This document shows positions 50,011 to 62,879 of a stretch of 64,000 nt of DNA, piece by piece (the first letter of the stretch is position 1; every line of letters begins with the position of its first letter). The notes under the pieces were generated by a model. That model was not told where the DNA came from. It searched no databases and was given only the letters and a program-made list of their open reading frames with translations. The position numbers and the translations under genes were made by a program. The DNA is from Heptranchias perlo (taxonomy: Eukaryota), in contig NC_090340.1 in assembly GCF_035084215.1 (NCBI RefSeq), positions 11,656,001-11,720,000 of the forward strand, written 5' to 3'.

Positions 50011-50364
50011 TGTTTCCCCCCCCCCGCCGCCATCTCTCCTGAAAGTTGGGATACAGTTCCAAGGCCAGTGTGGGTGCTCTCCAACACCTCCCCCATGTGA
50101 CAATTTTCCAATTCCGAGCCCGGGAAGTGAACCATGGATCCACGCTGGCACTAGTCAGAAATTCCAGCGTGTGCTGCCCAGGATTCTACAACCTGTAAAA
50201 TAACCATGAGTATTGACAAAATGTTTAACTTGGGGCGGGGGCGAAGAGGGGGTTGCATCAGAGTCAAACCCAATTTGGTTCTACATGACATCCACACACA
50301 CTTCCGACGGAGCTCACTGTGTTGCGATCATGAGGGTGTGTACTTTCCCTCAGTTCCCTCTGGA

Positions 50365-50692
50365 ACCTCCTCCAGCCCTACAACCCTCCGAGATCTCTGC
50401 ACTCCTCCAATTCTGACCTCTTGCACATCCCCGATTTTAATCGCTCCACCAGTGGCGACCGTGCCTTCAGCTGCCTAGGCCCTAAGCTCTGGAATTCCCT
50501 CCCTAAACCTCTCTGTGTCTCTACCTTTCTCTCCTCCTTTCAGATGCTCCTTAAAACCAAAATCTTTGACCACGCCTTTGGTCACCTGTCCTAATGTCTC
50601 CTTATGTGGCTTGGTGTCAAATTTTGTCTGATAATGCTCCTGTGAAGCATCTTGGGGCATTTTACTGCACTAAAGGTGTTTTATTGTTGTTG
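50365..50692 (+). mobile_element. L2-type LINE 3' fragment
   Basis: Co-linear with 20345-20672. Confidence 0.8.
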
Positions 50693-50699
50693 AAGGGAA

Positions 50700-50920
50700 G
50701 GGGAAACTGCGCCAGTGTTCCTGCTCCAATGGCCCCTGCTGTAAAATGCACGCGTGTGAATGTCGGGTGAGGACAGGATTGAGCCTGGCCGTGATGGCAG
50801 CCAACCTTGAATAGTCTGTCAACATTCACCGTCTAAGCCCGTATGTGGCGACTGGCCAAATGGACGACATACTAAGAATGGCTGCCCGTGCCCATGGAAT
50901 AAGTACCCCAGCAAGACTGT
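50700..50920 (+). mobile_element. LF-SINE-like fragment
   Basis: GTCGGGTGAGGACAGGATTGAGC...GAATAGTCTG...TACCCCAGCA. Confidence 0.6.
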
Positions 50921-51869
50921 ACATTTTCAGGATACGAAGGAAGAGAAGAGAGAAAAAAAATCATAAAAATTATTTTCCTGGGTTAAATGAATTGGTTACA
51001 CTGCACTCACAATTAATTTTGAAGTGATAATTACGTCTAATTGTTATTCATCATTTATACTGGTGCAGCACTACAATCTCTGCTAAAAGGTGCTACTGCT
51101 GACGTGGACTTTCGCTAATGCAGGATTCATTTAATAGGCTCGTTCTCTTTCTGATAGCTCTTATATATCACTGCCTCTGGGAGCAGCAGCAAAGCTAATG
51201 GTTCCCTCTCTAGTACACAAACTATAGAAAACACTCTATGCTGATTGTTCATAACTCAGTGAAAGGCGCTCGGGGGGCTGGTTCTGGTCCCAGAAGCAGC
51301 GGTATGTATCTAGGTCCAGCCCAGACTAGGCAGCTTGGGTACTCCGTCCCCCAAGTGCTCTTGCCGCAGAGGGATCTATGAATCTTTTATCAGAATTCTT
51401 ATGTCGTATTATTCTTACCAATACTGCATGTTTTGTGATTGCAGCTGTTGTCACTGTTTGGGAGTTTTTGATACATCATACTTTCCCTTTATTGCTCGAG
51501 CTTGCATGGTTTAAACTTTATTTTGACTATAAAAGGAAAAGTCTCTTTATAACATACCTGTTGCTGCAAATATGGATTTCACATGGCTGATGAACACAAG
51601 GCTATAGAGAGGACCTACCGTGCTTCTATTTTACATTCAAAATCATGAAGGGTTTTGATAGAGCAAATAAGGAGAAACTGTTTCCAGTGGCAGAAGGGTT
51701 GTTAACCAGAGGACACAGACTTAAGTAATAGGCAAAAGAACCAGTGGGGAGGAGAGGAGGAGAATTTTTTTAAAGAGCCGGCACAGGTACGATGGGCCAA
51801 ATGGCCTCCTTCTACGCCATAAGATTCTATGATTCCATTTTCTCCTCTCTTCTGTTAAAGGCGCCGACT

Positions 51870-52680
51870 GTTAACCCGGAAAAGTGCGAGGTGATGCACT
51901 TTGGAGGGACTAACAAGGCAAGGGAATACACAATGAATGGGAGGACCCTAGGCAAGACAGAGGGTCAGAGGGATCTTGGTGTGCAAGTTCACAGGTCCCT
52001 GAAGGCGGCGGAACAGGTAGATAAGGTGGTAAAGAAGGCATATGGGATACTTGCCTTTGTTAGCCGAGGCATAGAATATAAGAGCAAGGAGGTTATGATG
52101 GAGCTGTATAAAACACTGGTTAGGCCACAGCTGGAGTACTGTGTGCAGTTCTGGTCGCCACACTACAGGAAGGATGTGATCGCTTTGGAGAGGGTGCAGA
52201 GGAGATTCACCAGGATGTTACCAGGGCTGGAGCGCTTCAGCTATGATGAGAGACTGGGAAGATTGGGTTTGTTTTCCTTGGAGCAGAGGAGGCTGAGGGG
52301 GGACATGATTGAGGTGTACAAAATTATGAGGGGCACAGATAGGATGGATACTAAGGAGCTTTTTCCCTTCGTTGAGGGTACTATAACAAGGGGACATAGA
52401 TTCAAGGTAAAAGGCGGGAGGTTTAGAGGGGATTTAAGAAAGAACTTTTTCACCCAGAGGGTGGTTGGAGTCTGGAACTCACTGCCTGAAAGGGTTGTGG
52501 AGGCAGGAACCCTCACAACATTCAAGAAGCATTTGGATGAGCACTTGAAATGCCATAGCATACAAGGCTACGGACCAAATGCTGGAATATGGGATTAGAG
52601 TAGACAGGGCTGATGGCCGGCGTGGACACGATGGGCCGAAGGGCCTCTATCCGTGCTGTATAACTCTATGACTCTATGAC
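51870..52680 (+). mobile_element. Young 5'-truncated CR1 LINE
   Basis: Uninterrupted ~240 aa ORF2 C-terminus (KCEVMHFG...LVRPQLEYCVQFW...RVVGVWNSLP) and a (CTCTATGA)n tail. Confidence 0.93.
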
Positions 52681-53459
52681 TTACTCTGGGATACAGTTAC
52701 ACGGGTAAAGTACTGGAGAGACACCCAAGTGGCCACTCTTCACATGTGGCAGGAAGTGATGACAGGCTATTCGACTGTGAATGGCGTTATAGCCAAGCCC
52801 ATTCTTGACCTCGACAAGAGCACAATTTCTAGCGGGGTCACTGGACAGTAATTAGCAGCTAATTTCAGTGTCCTCTAATCCTGAGGCTAACTGTAATGTT
52901 GCAATAGATGGAGTTAAGGTGCAGATCAGCCATGATCTAATTGGATGGCGGAACAGGCTCGAGGGGCTACTCCTAATCTCATGTCCCTAAACCAACCTGC
53001 ATGTGCGCCGTTCCTGTTGTCCTGTGCCTCCACTGTAGGCCTGATCCTGAGCATATGTAGAAAATGAAAGAGTGTTTTTCTGTGCATCAGCCTCCAAAGA
53101 GCTGATGGGAAAATGGAGGCACAGGGCAGTAGAGAATCCGAAGAATGCAATCAAATTGGCCATCAAGATAGGCCCTGGGGTCAGAGGTGTTGACCCATCG
53201 ATTTAAGGGCAGCATAGTTTTACACTTAACAATATGAGTGATGTCATTGTTGGGGGAGGAGCAGTATTCCACTTCCTGGATTCAGGGGGGTAGATTTTAC
53301 CAGTCCCAGCACACTGGATCACTGGGAGAATATCGCTCCCTGGTTTAAACAAAGTCTGACCTCGCACTACATTCCAAGGTTGGTCCATTTATAAGCTCCT
53401 TGCCTAGTTTATACCTGAAGGAGGCCAGGAAATTGCACATCTCAACAGTAGCGTAAAAT

Positions 53460-53915
53460 TAAAGAAAGGACTTGCATTTATTAGCACTTTTCACATTCAC
53501 AGAATGTCCCAAAACGCTTCACAGCCAACAAATTACTTTTTGAAGTGTAGTCACTGTTATAATGTAGACATTTGCAGCAAGCAATTTGTGCACGACAAGG
53601 TCCCACAAACAGCAACAAGATAAATGACCAGTTAATCTGTTTTTGATGGTGTTGTTTTGAGGAACAAATGTTGGCTTGATTCCTGGAAGAACTCTGCTTC
53701 AAATAGTGCTATGGGATTTTTTACATCAACCTGAACAGGCGGACGGCGCCCTGGTTTAATGTCTCATCTGAAAGACAGCACCTCCAACAATGCAGCGCTC
53801 CATCAGTACTACACTGAACAGTCAGCCTGGATTATGTGCTCAAGTCCCTGGAACAGGGCTTGAAACCAAATGCTTTCCCACTCAGAGGCTAGGGCGCTCC
53901 CTCTCAGCCAAGCTA
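53460..53915 (-). mobile_element. DeuSINE-like SINE, diverged
   Basis: Reverse complement of the same family. Confidence 0.72.
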
Positions 53916-56039
53916 ACGCTCTAAAGGGATACGTCACCACTTAAAGGTAAGTGGCAATATATGGGGTCAAAAATTGTTTTAGCTTTACCAAAGGTCACAT
54001 GGGGCACAGGAGAAGTGACTGGCAAAACCTAAGGGAAGACAATCATGGAGAGTCTATGGCGAAGTGAAGCAGAAGTGCAGCAATAGAGCTCCTTACTTAG
54101 CAAAGATGAGGTGTTGCTGCATGAGATGGGTCGTCCCATTTGGAACTCTAGGGCCACCCTCACCAGCGGACAGCACTAAAGCAGGATTGGCACGAAGCGA
54201 CAGCCAGGATGAGTGCCGTGCCCACCACTTGCACAACCAGGGAACAGACTCAGAAGATGACGATGCAAGGTTGCTGTCACGAATTCAGGTTTGCTGTAAG
54301 TTCAGTGGCGTCAGTCGCTCCCTTAAGTGGAGGCTGACTCCCTGAATCTACTAAAGTGGCAATAGGACCCCAGGCGTCTATGAAACCCACTTGTGACCTG
54401 GACCAGAACTCCATGACTGAAGTGCGTGTACTGCTTCAATATCTCCAAAGGACTCGCACTGACACTGGGCAAGGGTCATTGGATTTGGTTCATAAGCTGC
54501 TTTATTCCATGGTAGGCAGAAGACTAAGCCTGAGAAACACTTGGTACAATCAGTATAACTCCTGTCAGCGTACAATTACTATTAAAGAACACGTGTTCGC
54601 CAGCTCAATTCAGTGGGCCTCTTTAGTTGATGTAAAGACAAAAACTCTCCGCGACCAGGCCTTAGGTTCCACACTTGCAGCCTGCTGCTGTCTGATTCCT
54701 TCCAGTTTTTTTGCTGCTTTACAAACATGCTTCTCGTTTCTGTGTTGATTGTTAAAATGCCTCTGCTCAAAGACGGGCAGAGATCAACACTGTAGGTGCT
54801 AGATTTCTGCTCAATGACCAGACATTGATGATGAATAGGAACTCTTTGGTCCACCCCACATTTAAAACGCTTCTGGACTGCCATTAGATTGACAACTCAT
54901 CCTAGAGCAGCTAACCACTTTGGGCAGGCTTCTGCTCAAAACACATTTTAAGACAGCTCATGTCTAGGTCCTATTTGTGGAAAAAAATGGCCACAGAATC
55001 TTCAACCATGACAGTGCCAAACTACAACTATCCAACTCTACCAGTTAGCAAGTGCATGCCACAGTGTTGCTTGTCAACCTGTTTCATGTTTACTGCTGGC
55101 CCTTGCCAGTCCTCATACAACCTTACAGCTCTTTCATTGCTGACCTTGCATCCCCATACATGCATGGCACACATTCAAACTGCAACTTACAATTGAAAAG
55201 GCTTCACACATCAATACATTCTAACACAACATAGCAGTCATTTACTGATACACAGGATGAGCACGTGTCACTGTGCATGTGCTCTTTCAATGTACAACAT
55301 TTTGAGAATACTTCTCTGCTTGCATGACAAGATGGCAAATGACACAAGGAAATAGACCTGAACTGGAAGAGGGCTCAGAAATGGACACTAGATTCACTTG
55401 GAGGTGGTCACTCTGGACATCCTTGCATAATGCTGCAAGCCTCCCCAAGCTATTGTGTAGTACCATCTGCCACTTAAGAATGGTTCCCGTTCTTACCCAC
55501 TCCAACATTGGCATATGCTCGAGCGTGCAAAGTTAGTATCTTGTAATGAGAGCTTTTCTTGAAGTTGTCTCTTGGAGCCACTACTCTAACATTTGTTGTC
55601 TTTTTTATCAGTTTAGGCCTGTAAGGGCAGCCTGACTGCACCCTGCATCCCTCTCCAACATTTGCAAGCACCAGCACAGCTGCACATATTCTGGAGTTTG
55701 AGGACATAGCACTGGGTGAGTCAGAGTAGAAAGGCGAGGAGCAGCACATGGTGTTGGCAGAGGAGGAGCAGGAAACCTGCTGACCAGATGGCCACATGGT
55801 TGATATCAATAACCTCTCTGCTTCAAGAAAGGCGGCAGTGTGGGAACACAGGGTAACCGTGTAATGCTGCAGTTGTTATTCAGTGCAAAAGAAGATGAAG
55901 TGTTGACCATGCTGCCCAAAGTACTCTTATCTGTTTGGTACATGTGTGGGCAATGCATTGTTGGGTACAGCAGTTGATCCCTATGCTAGCCTAGAAGGAA
56001 GCAGAGGCAGAAAAGTAGAGGGCATTGGTAGCTTTGACT

Positions 56040-56220
56040 TTTTAAAAATTCATTCACGGATATGGGCATTGCTGGCAAGGCCGGCATTTATTGCCCATCC
56101 CTAATTGCCCTGGAGAAGGTGGTGGTGGGCCTTCTTCTTGAACTGCTGCAGTCCGTGTGGTGAAGGTTCTCCCACAATGCTGTTAGGTAGAGAGTTCCAG
56201 GATTTTGACCCAGCAAAGAT
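56040..56220 (-). mobile_element. 3' end of the same LINE family
   Basis: Minus-strand WNSLPNSIVG...FKKKAHHHLL. Confidence 0.8.
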
Positions 56221-57569
56221 GATCATTGTCATAGTCATTGCACAGCAGGTGTGGGCCTGCAAATACGGTTGGCAAGATATCGGTAAGGCAGGCTGTCCGA
56301 TTCCAATCTCTTTCAATCCTGCACATCAACTGTGAAGTTGTCCTTCTTGCGTACTCCCACCATAACTGCGGCAGGAGTCTACTAAAAGGCCACAAATTAG
56401 GTCAAGATCTGGATATGTCTGGTCCCGGCCTTGAGCTGTAGTTTCTGGAATGGCTTGTTGGGTGCGGAGCCTCTGCTCACCTCAAACAAGGCCGTTGGTG
56501 TAAGTGAGTGGGGCTGAGGGCTCCCTACGTTGCGAGTTCCTACTTCCGCAGCCCTCAGAGGAACCCAGAGTATATTTAGTAAGACCAGGCATACCAGCTG
56601 ACCAACAGCAGAAGTGGGGCCCCCAGTAGACAAACAGCTTGATCCCAGCGAAAGGCCAGGAAATCCTGCCCTCGGTTGAGCATTTTTTGCCCGATTTTGC
56701 CGCCCTGAACGAGGTGCTTGCACATTCTGAGTGCGAGCACTCTCGGCCAGCAATACTTCCCAGCTGCAAAAAACGGTGGGCAGGCGAGAATCACGCCTAA
56801 GGCCTGCTCGTCTGATTCCCCAGCCCTGGCTCGCCTGATCCGACACAATTAGCAACGCAGACCGGAAAATCTGCCGCAGCGTGGCGACATCAAACGCTTC
56901 CCAGATCGAGCGCTGGTATGATTTTACAGCGTGCCGTAGTGTTGCTGATCTGCTGAAATGCAGTTCCCCGCACCCCCCCCACCCCCACCCAACAAAAGAA
57001 TGGTGGAATATCTGTGAGGAATATAACATTCCATCAGTCGCAGTTCAGTCGTAGCAAACAGCACGTTAGCAGGTCAGCCGAAGCTTTGACCCCTGACCTC
57101 AGAAGAGTTGCTCCAAGTTGCACCAATGTGACATTTCCATTTCCCATAACAGGCACCCTGATAGCCTCTCTGACAGCAAGTGTCTATTAAGTGCCACATT
57201 ACCAGTGGTTTTGTGCTGCGAGCTTGTCCCGTGGGGAACTGGTTCGAGGCTTTCTGAAAATATAAGTTAGGGACCTTAGCAGCTCCGGAAGAGAGGAGAT
57301 TATCTTTAATAAACCCCGTTACAATTCGCTTTCAGTTGCTGTCTGTTGTTAATCTACACTCGAGAGATCCTGTGGGAAAGGACTATTGTGGTCACTCTAC
57401 ATAGCGACATTGTAAATTGATTCATTTAGAAACAATTCTGCTCCAGTGCAGTCAGTGAAACTCTTCTCCCCACTGCCTTTATTTCTCTCTCCCCTACTGG
57501 CAATAATAACTGCCAGGTTGCAGTCCCACAAGTGTCATCCACCCTCCAATACCTTCATATGTGAGCCTT

Positions 57570-57925
57570 GTCTCATCCTCGTGTTCAAATCTCTCCATAG
57601 CCTCGCCCATCCCTATCTCTGTAACCTCCTCCAACCTCAACCCTCAGAGATCTCTGCATTCCTCCAACTCTGGCCTCTTGTGTATCCCCCATCTCCTTCG
57701 CTCCACCACCGGCAGACGTGCCTTTAGCTGGCTTGGCCCTAAAGCTCTGGAATTCCCTCCCTAAACCTCTCCGCCTCTCTCTCCTCCTATAAGAGGTTCC
57801 TTAAAACCTTTTTGAACAAGCTTTTGGTCACCTGTCATAATGCCTCCTTCTCAATTTTTGTCTGTTTGCGTTCCTCTGAAATATTTTACGATGTTAAAGG
57901 CACTATAGAAGTGCAAGTTGTTGCT
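57570..57925 (+). mobile_element. L2-type LINE 3' fragment
   Basis: LILVFKSLHSLAHPYL; co-linear with the copy at 20215. Confidence 0.78.
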
Positions 57926-59629
57926 ATTGTGGACTGCTAGTGTGGGGGCATCACAATTGAACCCAATCCTTTACTCACTCAACTTCTGTATGGGCAATTT
58001 TGAGCGGGGGGAGGGTTGGAGTCACTAAATATTGGTTAGGAGCAGGGGTCCTGGCTGACTTTTTCCCCTCTCCAACTTGGTGACACTGATGCCAAATGTA
58101 TTGTGCTAGCCACCGCCTATCTAAAGTCAAATGACCAGGGAGATGGAGCCAGAGAAATCCCAGGTCTGTTCGGTTTAGTATCACGTCACAGGGTAGATTT
58201 ACAGAGTACACCAAGGGGGTGGCTTAAGCTGTCCTGTGTGGTTATCAGAGAATAATATGGCTGTGCAGCATTTCCATTGTGATGCCACTTGCAAGTGATG
58301 GATTGGCACACTTGTCACCCCAATATATGTTCTGCTCTGAGCTGCATCACTCAGTCACACTGCTTAGCTATACAGGCAACAAAGAACAAACACACACTTC
58401 TTCAAAGATGACAAAAGCAGATCCAGAGTAGCGGCAGGATGGTTGTGAGGTTTAAAGGTCACTTTACTCTAAAGCAAGTACTCGAACAGCAATCTCCCAC
58501 AGGATGCCGAGTGCTGGGTGAATTAGTCGAAAGGTGAATTCATCAAAAAGGCAATTAATGATAAGAGCACTTTTTTGCTTTTGAAAAAGCTTTTAATATT
58601 TTGAGCATTGCATGTCTCAATGTTCTACCTGTGTCAATCAGTGATCCCCCGCGTCAATCAATCAGCGATCCCTGTAACCCTCTACAAGCCCGGTGCAGGG
58701 CCGAACAAATGGGTTGGCATCTCAGCCTGGCTGTGGCCGAGTCAGAATGCCGGCCCCCAGTGCAAGCGGCATCAATGGCAACCAATGCAACTGCCTCCTC
58801 ACAGTACTGGCTACTCCGGTTAAAGGGTCACCTCTGACAGCATGTTTGGCTTTGGAGGAAACCCCATGAAGTAGGGCACTCTCATGTCTCTGCAGGTAAT
58901 CAGCTTACCCGGCTGCCACGCCTGGCATCTGGAGAAAAGCCAATATTCCTGCAGGATACAGGAATTCCGGAACACCGAGCATTCTGTTGTCCGTGCTGGC
59001 GTGTATGGACTAAGTTTAGTGTAAAATATCATTACAACCAAACTGATGTGTGACAGACAGACAGACAAAGCCAACAACCACAGCAAGGGCACAGGAGATG
59101 TCAGCATTAAAGAAACAGCCGCACTCACAAGACAGTCCAGAATGTCACCCGAGCATAACGCAACGCCATCAACGCTCTCAAGACCAACCGCAACATCGTC
59201 ATCAAACCAGCGGACAAAGGAGGAGCCATCATCATACAGAACAGAACGGACTATTGCAAAGAAGCATAGCGACAACTGGACAACCAGGAACACTACAGAT
59301 GGTTACCCGCAGATCCGACCAAAGAACACACCCACCAGCTCAATAAACTGATCAAGACCTTCGATCCAGACCTTCAAAGCATCCGACGCGCTCTCATCCC
59401 ACGTACTCCCTGCGTGGGAGACTTCTACTGCCTCCCAAACATACACAAAGCCAACACACCCGGACGTCCTATCGTATCAGGCAACGGAACCCTGTGTGAG
59501 AACCTCTCTGGATAAGTCAAGGGCATCCTGAAACCCATCGTACAGGGAACCCCCAGCTTCTGTCACGACACTACAGACTTCCTATTCAGCACCCACGGAC
59601 TAGTTGAACCAGGAACACTTCTCACCACG

Positions 59630-60979
59630 ATGGACGTCTCGGCACTTTACACCAGTATCCCCCACGATGACGGCATCGCTGCAACAGCCTCAGTACTCAA
59701 CACCAACAACAGCCAATCTCCAGACGCCATCATCCTGGATCACAATGTCTTCACCTTCGACAACCTGTTCTTTACCCAAACACACGGAACAGCCATGGGG
59801 ACCAAATTCGCACCCCAATACACCAACATTTTCATGCACAAGTTCGAGCAGGACTTCTTCACTGCACAGGACCTCCAACCAACGCTATACACCAGATACA
59901 TCGACGACATTTTCTTCCTATGGACCCACGGCGAAGAATCACTGAAGAGACTACACGATAACATCAACAAGTTCCATCCCACCATCAAACTCACCATGGA
60001 CTACTCCTCAGAATCGGTTTCATTCTTGGACACACGAATCTCCATCAAAGATGGGCACCTCAGCACCTCACTCTACCACAAGCCCACGGACAACCTCACG
60101 ATGCTCCACTTTTCCAGCTTCCACCCTAACCACGTCAAAGAGGCCATCCCCTATGGACAGGCCCTGCGAATACACAGGGTCTGCTCAGACGAGGAGGAAC
60201 GCGATGGACACCTACAGACGCTGAAAGACGCCCTCGTAAGAACGGGATATGATGCTCGACTCGTCGATCGACAGTTCCGACGGGCCACAGCGAAAAATTG
60301 CATAGACCTCCTCAGAAGACAAACACGGGACACAACCAACAGAGTATCCTTCGTCGTCCAGTACTTCCCCGGAGCGGAGAAATTACGCCATGTTCTTCGC
60401 AGCCTTCAACATGTCATCGATGACGACGAACACCTCGCTAAGGCCATCCCCACACCTCCACTACTCGCCTTCAAACAGCCACCCAACCTCAAACAGACCA
60501 TCGTTCGCAGCAAATTACCCAGCTCTCAGGAGAACAGCGTCCACGACACCACACAACCCTGCCACGGCAACCTCTGCAAGACATGCCAGATCATCGACAC
60601 AGATACCACCATCACACGAGAGGACACCACCCACCAGGTACATGGTTCATACTCCTGTGACTCGGCCAACGTTGTCTACCTCATACGTTGCAGGAAAGGA
60701 TGCCCCGGAGCATGGTACATTGGCGAGACCATGCAGACACTGCGACAACGGATGAACGGACACCGCACAACAATCGCCAGACAGGAGGGTTCCCTCCCAG
60801 TCGGGGAACACTTCAGCAGTCAAGGACATTCAGCCTCCGATCTTCGGGTAAGCGTACTCCAAGGCGGCCTTCGACACACACGACAACGCAAAATCGTTGA
60901 GCAGAAATTGATAGCCAACTTCCGCACCCATGAGGACGGCCTCAACCGGGATCTTGGGTTCATGTCACGCTACACGTAA
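59630..60979 (+). pseudogene. PLE RT plus GIY-YIG ORF (449 aa open part of a disrupted ORF)
   Basis: MDVSALYTSIP, QTHGTAMGTKFAP, RYIDDIF, CHGNLCKTC, VVYLIRC...YIGET. The upstream part (59116-59630) carries stops and frameshifts. Confidence 0.92.
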
Positions 60980-61221
60980 CCCCACCAGCAGGAAAAAAAA
61001 GTTATCGGTTTTTAATACAACTGGACATTCTCTCTCTCTCTCTCTCTGCCTTTCGGGTCTCTTTCTCTCTTTGTCTGTGTAATCTGACCCATTGTGTATT
61101 CAGTATACTGGGATGTACTGTTTTCCGTGGCTAACCTGTCTGAACACCAACGACACCTTTGATTGGTGTGATCGTGTCCCAGCCTAATAGAAGATATGCG
61201 ATTTGAGAAACCTTCACTCAC

Positions 61222-61258
61222 TCACCTGACGAAGGAGATAATCTCCGAAAGCTTGTGA
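61222..61258 (+). ncRNA. Minimal type I hammerhead ribozyme of the third PLE
   Basis: TCAC-CTGACGA-A-GGAGA-TAA-TCTCC-GAAA-GC-TT-GTGA. Confidence 0.85.
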
Positions 61259-61467
61259 TTTTCAAATAAAACTGTTGGATTATAACCTGGTGTTGTATGA
61301 TTCCAAACAAAAAGGTGGCATTCTCTGTCACCCCAACTGCACGACTCTTCTGCTGTATTGTGTTCACATATGCAAAAAAATGCCAGCTAGACATTAGCCA
61401 ATTTCACAAGGGTATATCCAAGTTCCCTGGCAATGCTGTCACTCCAACTGCATTGAGGCCTTGCATC

Positions 61468-61618
61468 AATGGGATCTTACTGTGTGCAAATTGGCTGCCA
61501 CGTTTCCTACATTACAACAGCGACTACACTTCAAAAGTACTTCATTGGCTGTAAAGCGCTTTGGGATGTCCTGAGGTCGTGAAAGGGGCTATGGAAATGC
61601 AAGTTATTTTCTTTCTTT
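61468..61618 (+). mobile_element. DeuSINE-like 3' fragment
   Basis: Matches 5315-5458. Confidence 0.72.
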
Positions 61619-62112
61619 AAACATTATGTCACCACCAGGCATATGAAATGATAAAATCTCCCCCTGTTAGGTTGCTCATAACCCACTTGATGCAGATTTT
61701 TATAAAAAAGGGATAATTTTGATTTCTTCAAGGTGAGAGATGTCTGGAAAAGAACACTTCCCATTCAGGCACCTATTATCAGCATCAAGTATTCCCAGGT
61801 CAGGTCTAGTATGGTTAGATGCAAAGCAAAGCAGTCCCAAAAATGTTCCTCAGTCCCAACCTCACTTACTACACCAGTGCAATATTTTTCCAATTCCCAC
61901 ACCAGCCATCCTGAGATTGCCAATTTGTGCCACGGTTATTTTTGTTTTATGCCCATTAGGAATTGGGTTGACAACGCCCAGACTCTCAGCCGGGAGACTT
62001 TCGTCCCCTTGGTCTGAGTCCCAGGGATCAAAGCCCAAAGTGCTAGATGCATATCAAGATATTTCTCATATTGCATCCTCTAAGTGGCTATTATGAACAT
62101 TGGGCAAACAAT

Positions 62113-62863
62113 GGCCCGGAATTTGCTCTGAAAACAACGGCGATGCTAACAGGGCTCACCGTTATTCCAGGGCACTGGAAGCGCAAGTTCCGGCAAGTGC
62201 ACATGCGCAGTCAAACGCGGAAATCTGGAAGTTGCTCTCCCAGATGCCCTGCTCCTCCGACAGCTGCGTGGGAAGGAGATCTCGCTGGCTGGTTCACCAT
62301 CAGATGGCTGCAACGGCACAAAGTTGCTCTCCTGCCCAGCTGGAAACAAATTATTTTCACCAGAAAAAGCTATGTCCAGTTTTTTTAGCCTAACCAAAAT
62401 TTTAACAGCGCGTTAAGTCTTAATGACCGCCAAACAACCTCTCTGGCACAGAAAATACACTTTTACAAGTGTGCAGACTCATTCCTTCAAAATCTAATTG
62501 TTGTTGGACATTTTTTCAAAAATTATTTTTTTCCTGTCTCTTAATTAAATATTTCTTACCCTCTCTTTATTTTGCTTTCTGTAAATTTAGATTTTACATT
62601 GAATTTACTATTCTAACTGACACTTCCTGGTTCTTACCCTACGCGGCTTGTTAAGGATGCTTCAATCTGATTAGTTATGGGGATGCACAGTTCCTTGCCC
62701 CGTTCACACAGCTCTTAGATGCCTGAGAGAGGACGCTGCACATTTTTCTGCTCCCCATCGCAGGACGTTGGTGCCCAAAAGCCCATTGATAGTTTATGGG
62801 TAAGTTTAAATCAAACGAGCAGCGGGCGGCGTTCCTTCAATGCTCAGCCCAAAAATCCGGGCC
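62113..62863. mobile_element. Non-autonomous TIR element
   Basis: Ends GGCCCGGAATTT / AAAATCCGGGCC; flanks AAT and ACT; no ORF. Confidence 0.55.
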
Positions 62864-62879
62864 ACTGATCTTTTGCCAA

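Larger units (their letters stand above)
59116..61304 (+). mobile_element. Penelope-like element, 5'-truncated, with a different 3' UTR from the inverted pair
   Basis: 5' part encodes NIVIKPADKGGAI (PLE DKG motif) with in-frame stops, followed by an open RT/GIY-YIG ORF, a 3' UTR, a hammerhead and the terminal CTGGTGTTGTA motif. No convincing TSD seen. Confidence 0.93.

Noticed and set aside
56397-57029. 210-aa minus-strand ORF
   Set aside because: GC-rich sequence with no recognisable motif, compatible with a chance ORF or an old repeat.
59105-61315. TSD for the third PLE
   Set aside because: Only a 5-bp AAACA match in A-rich flanks, which is not distinguishable from chance.
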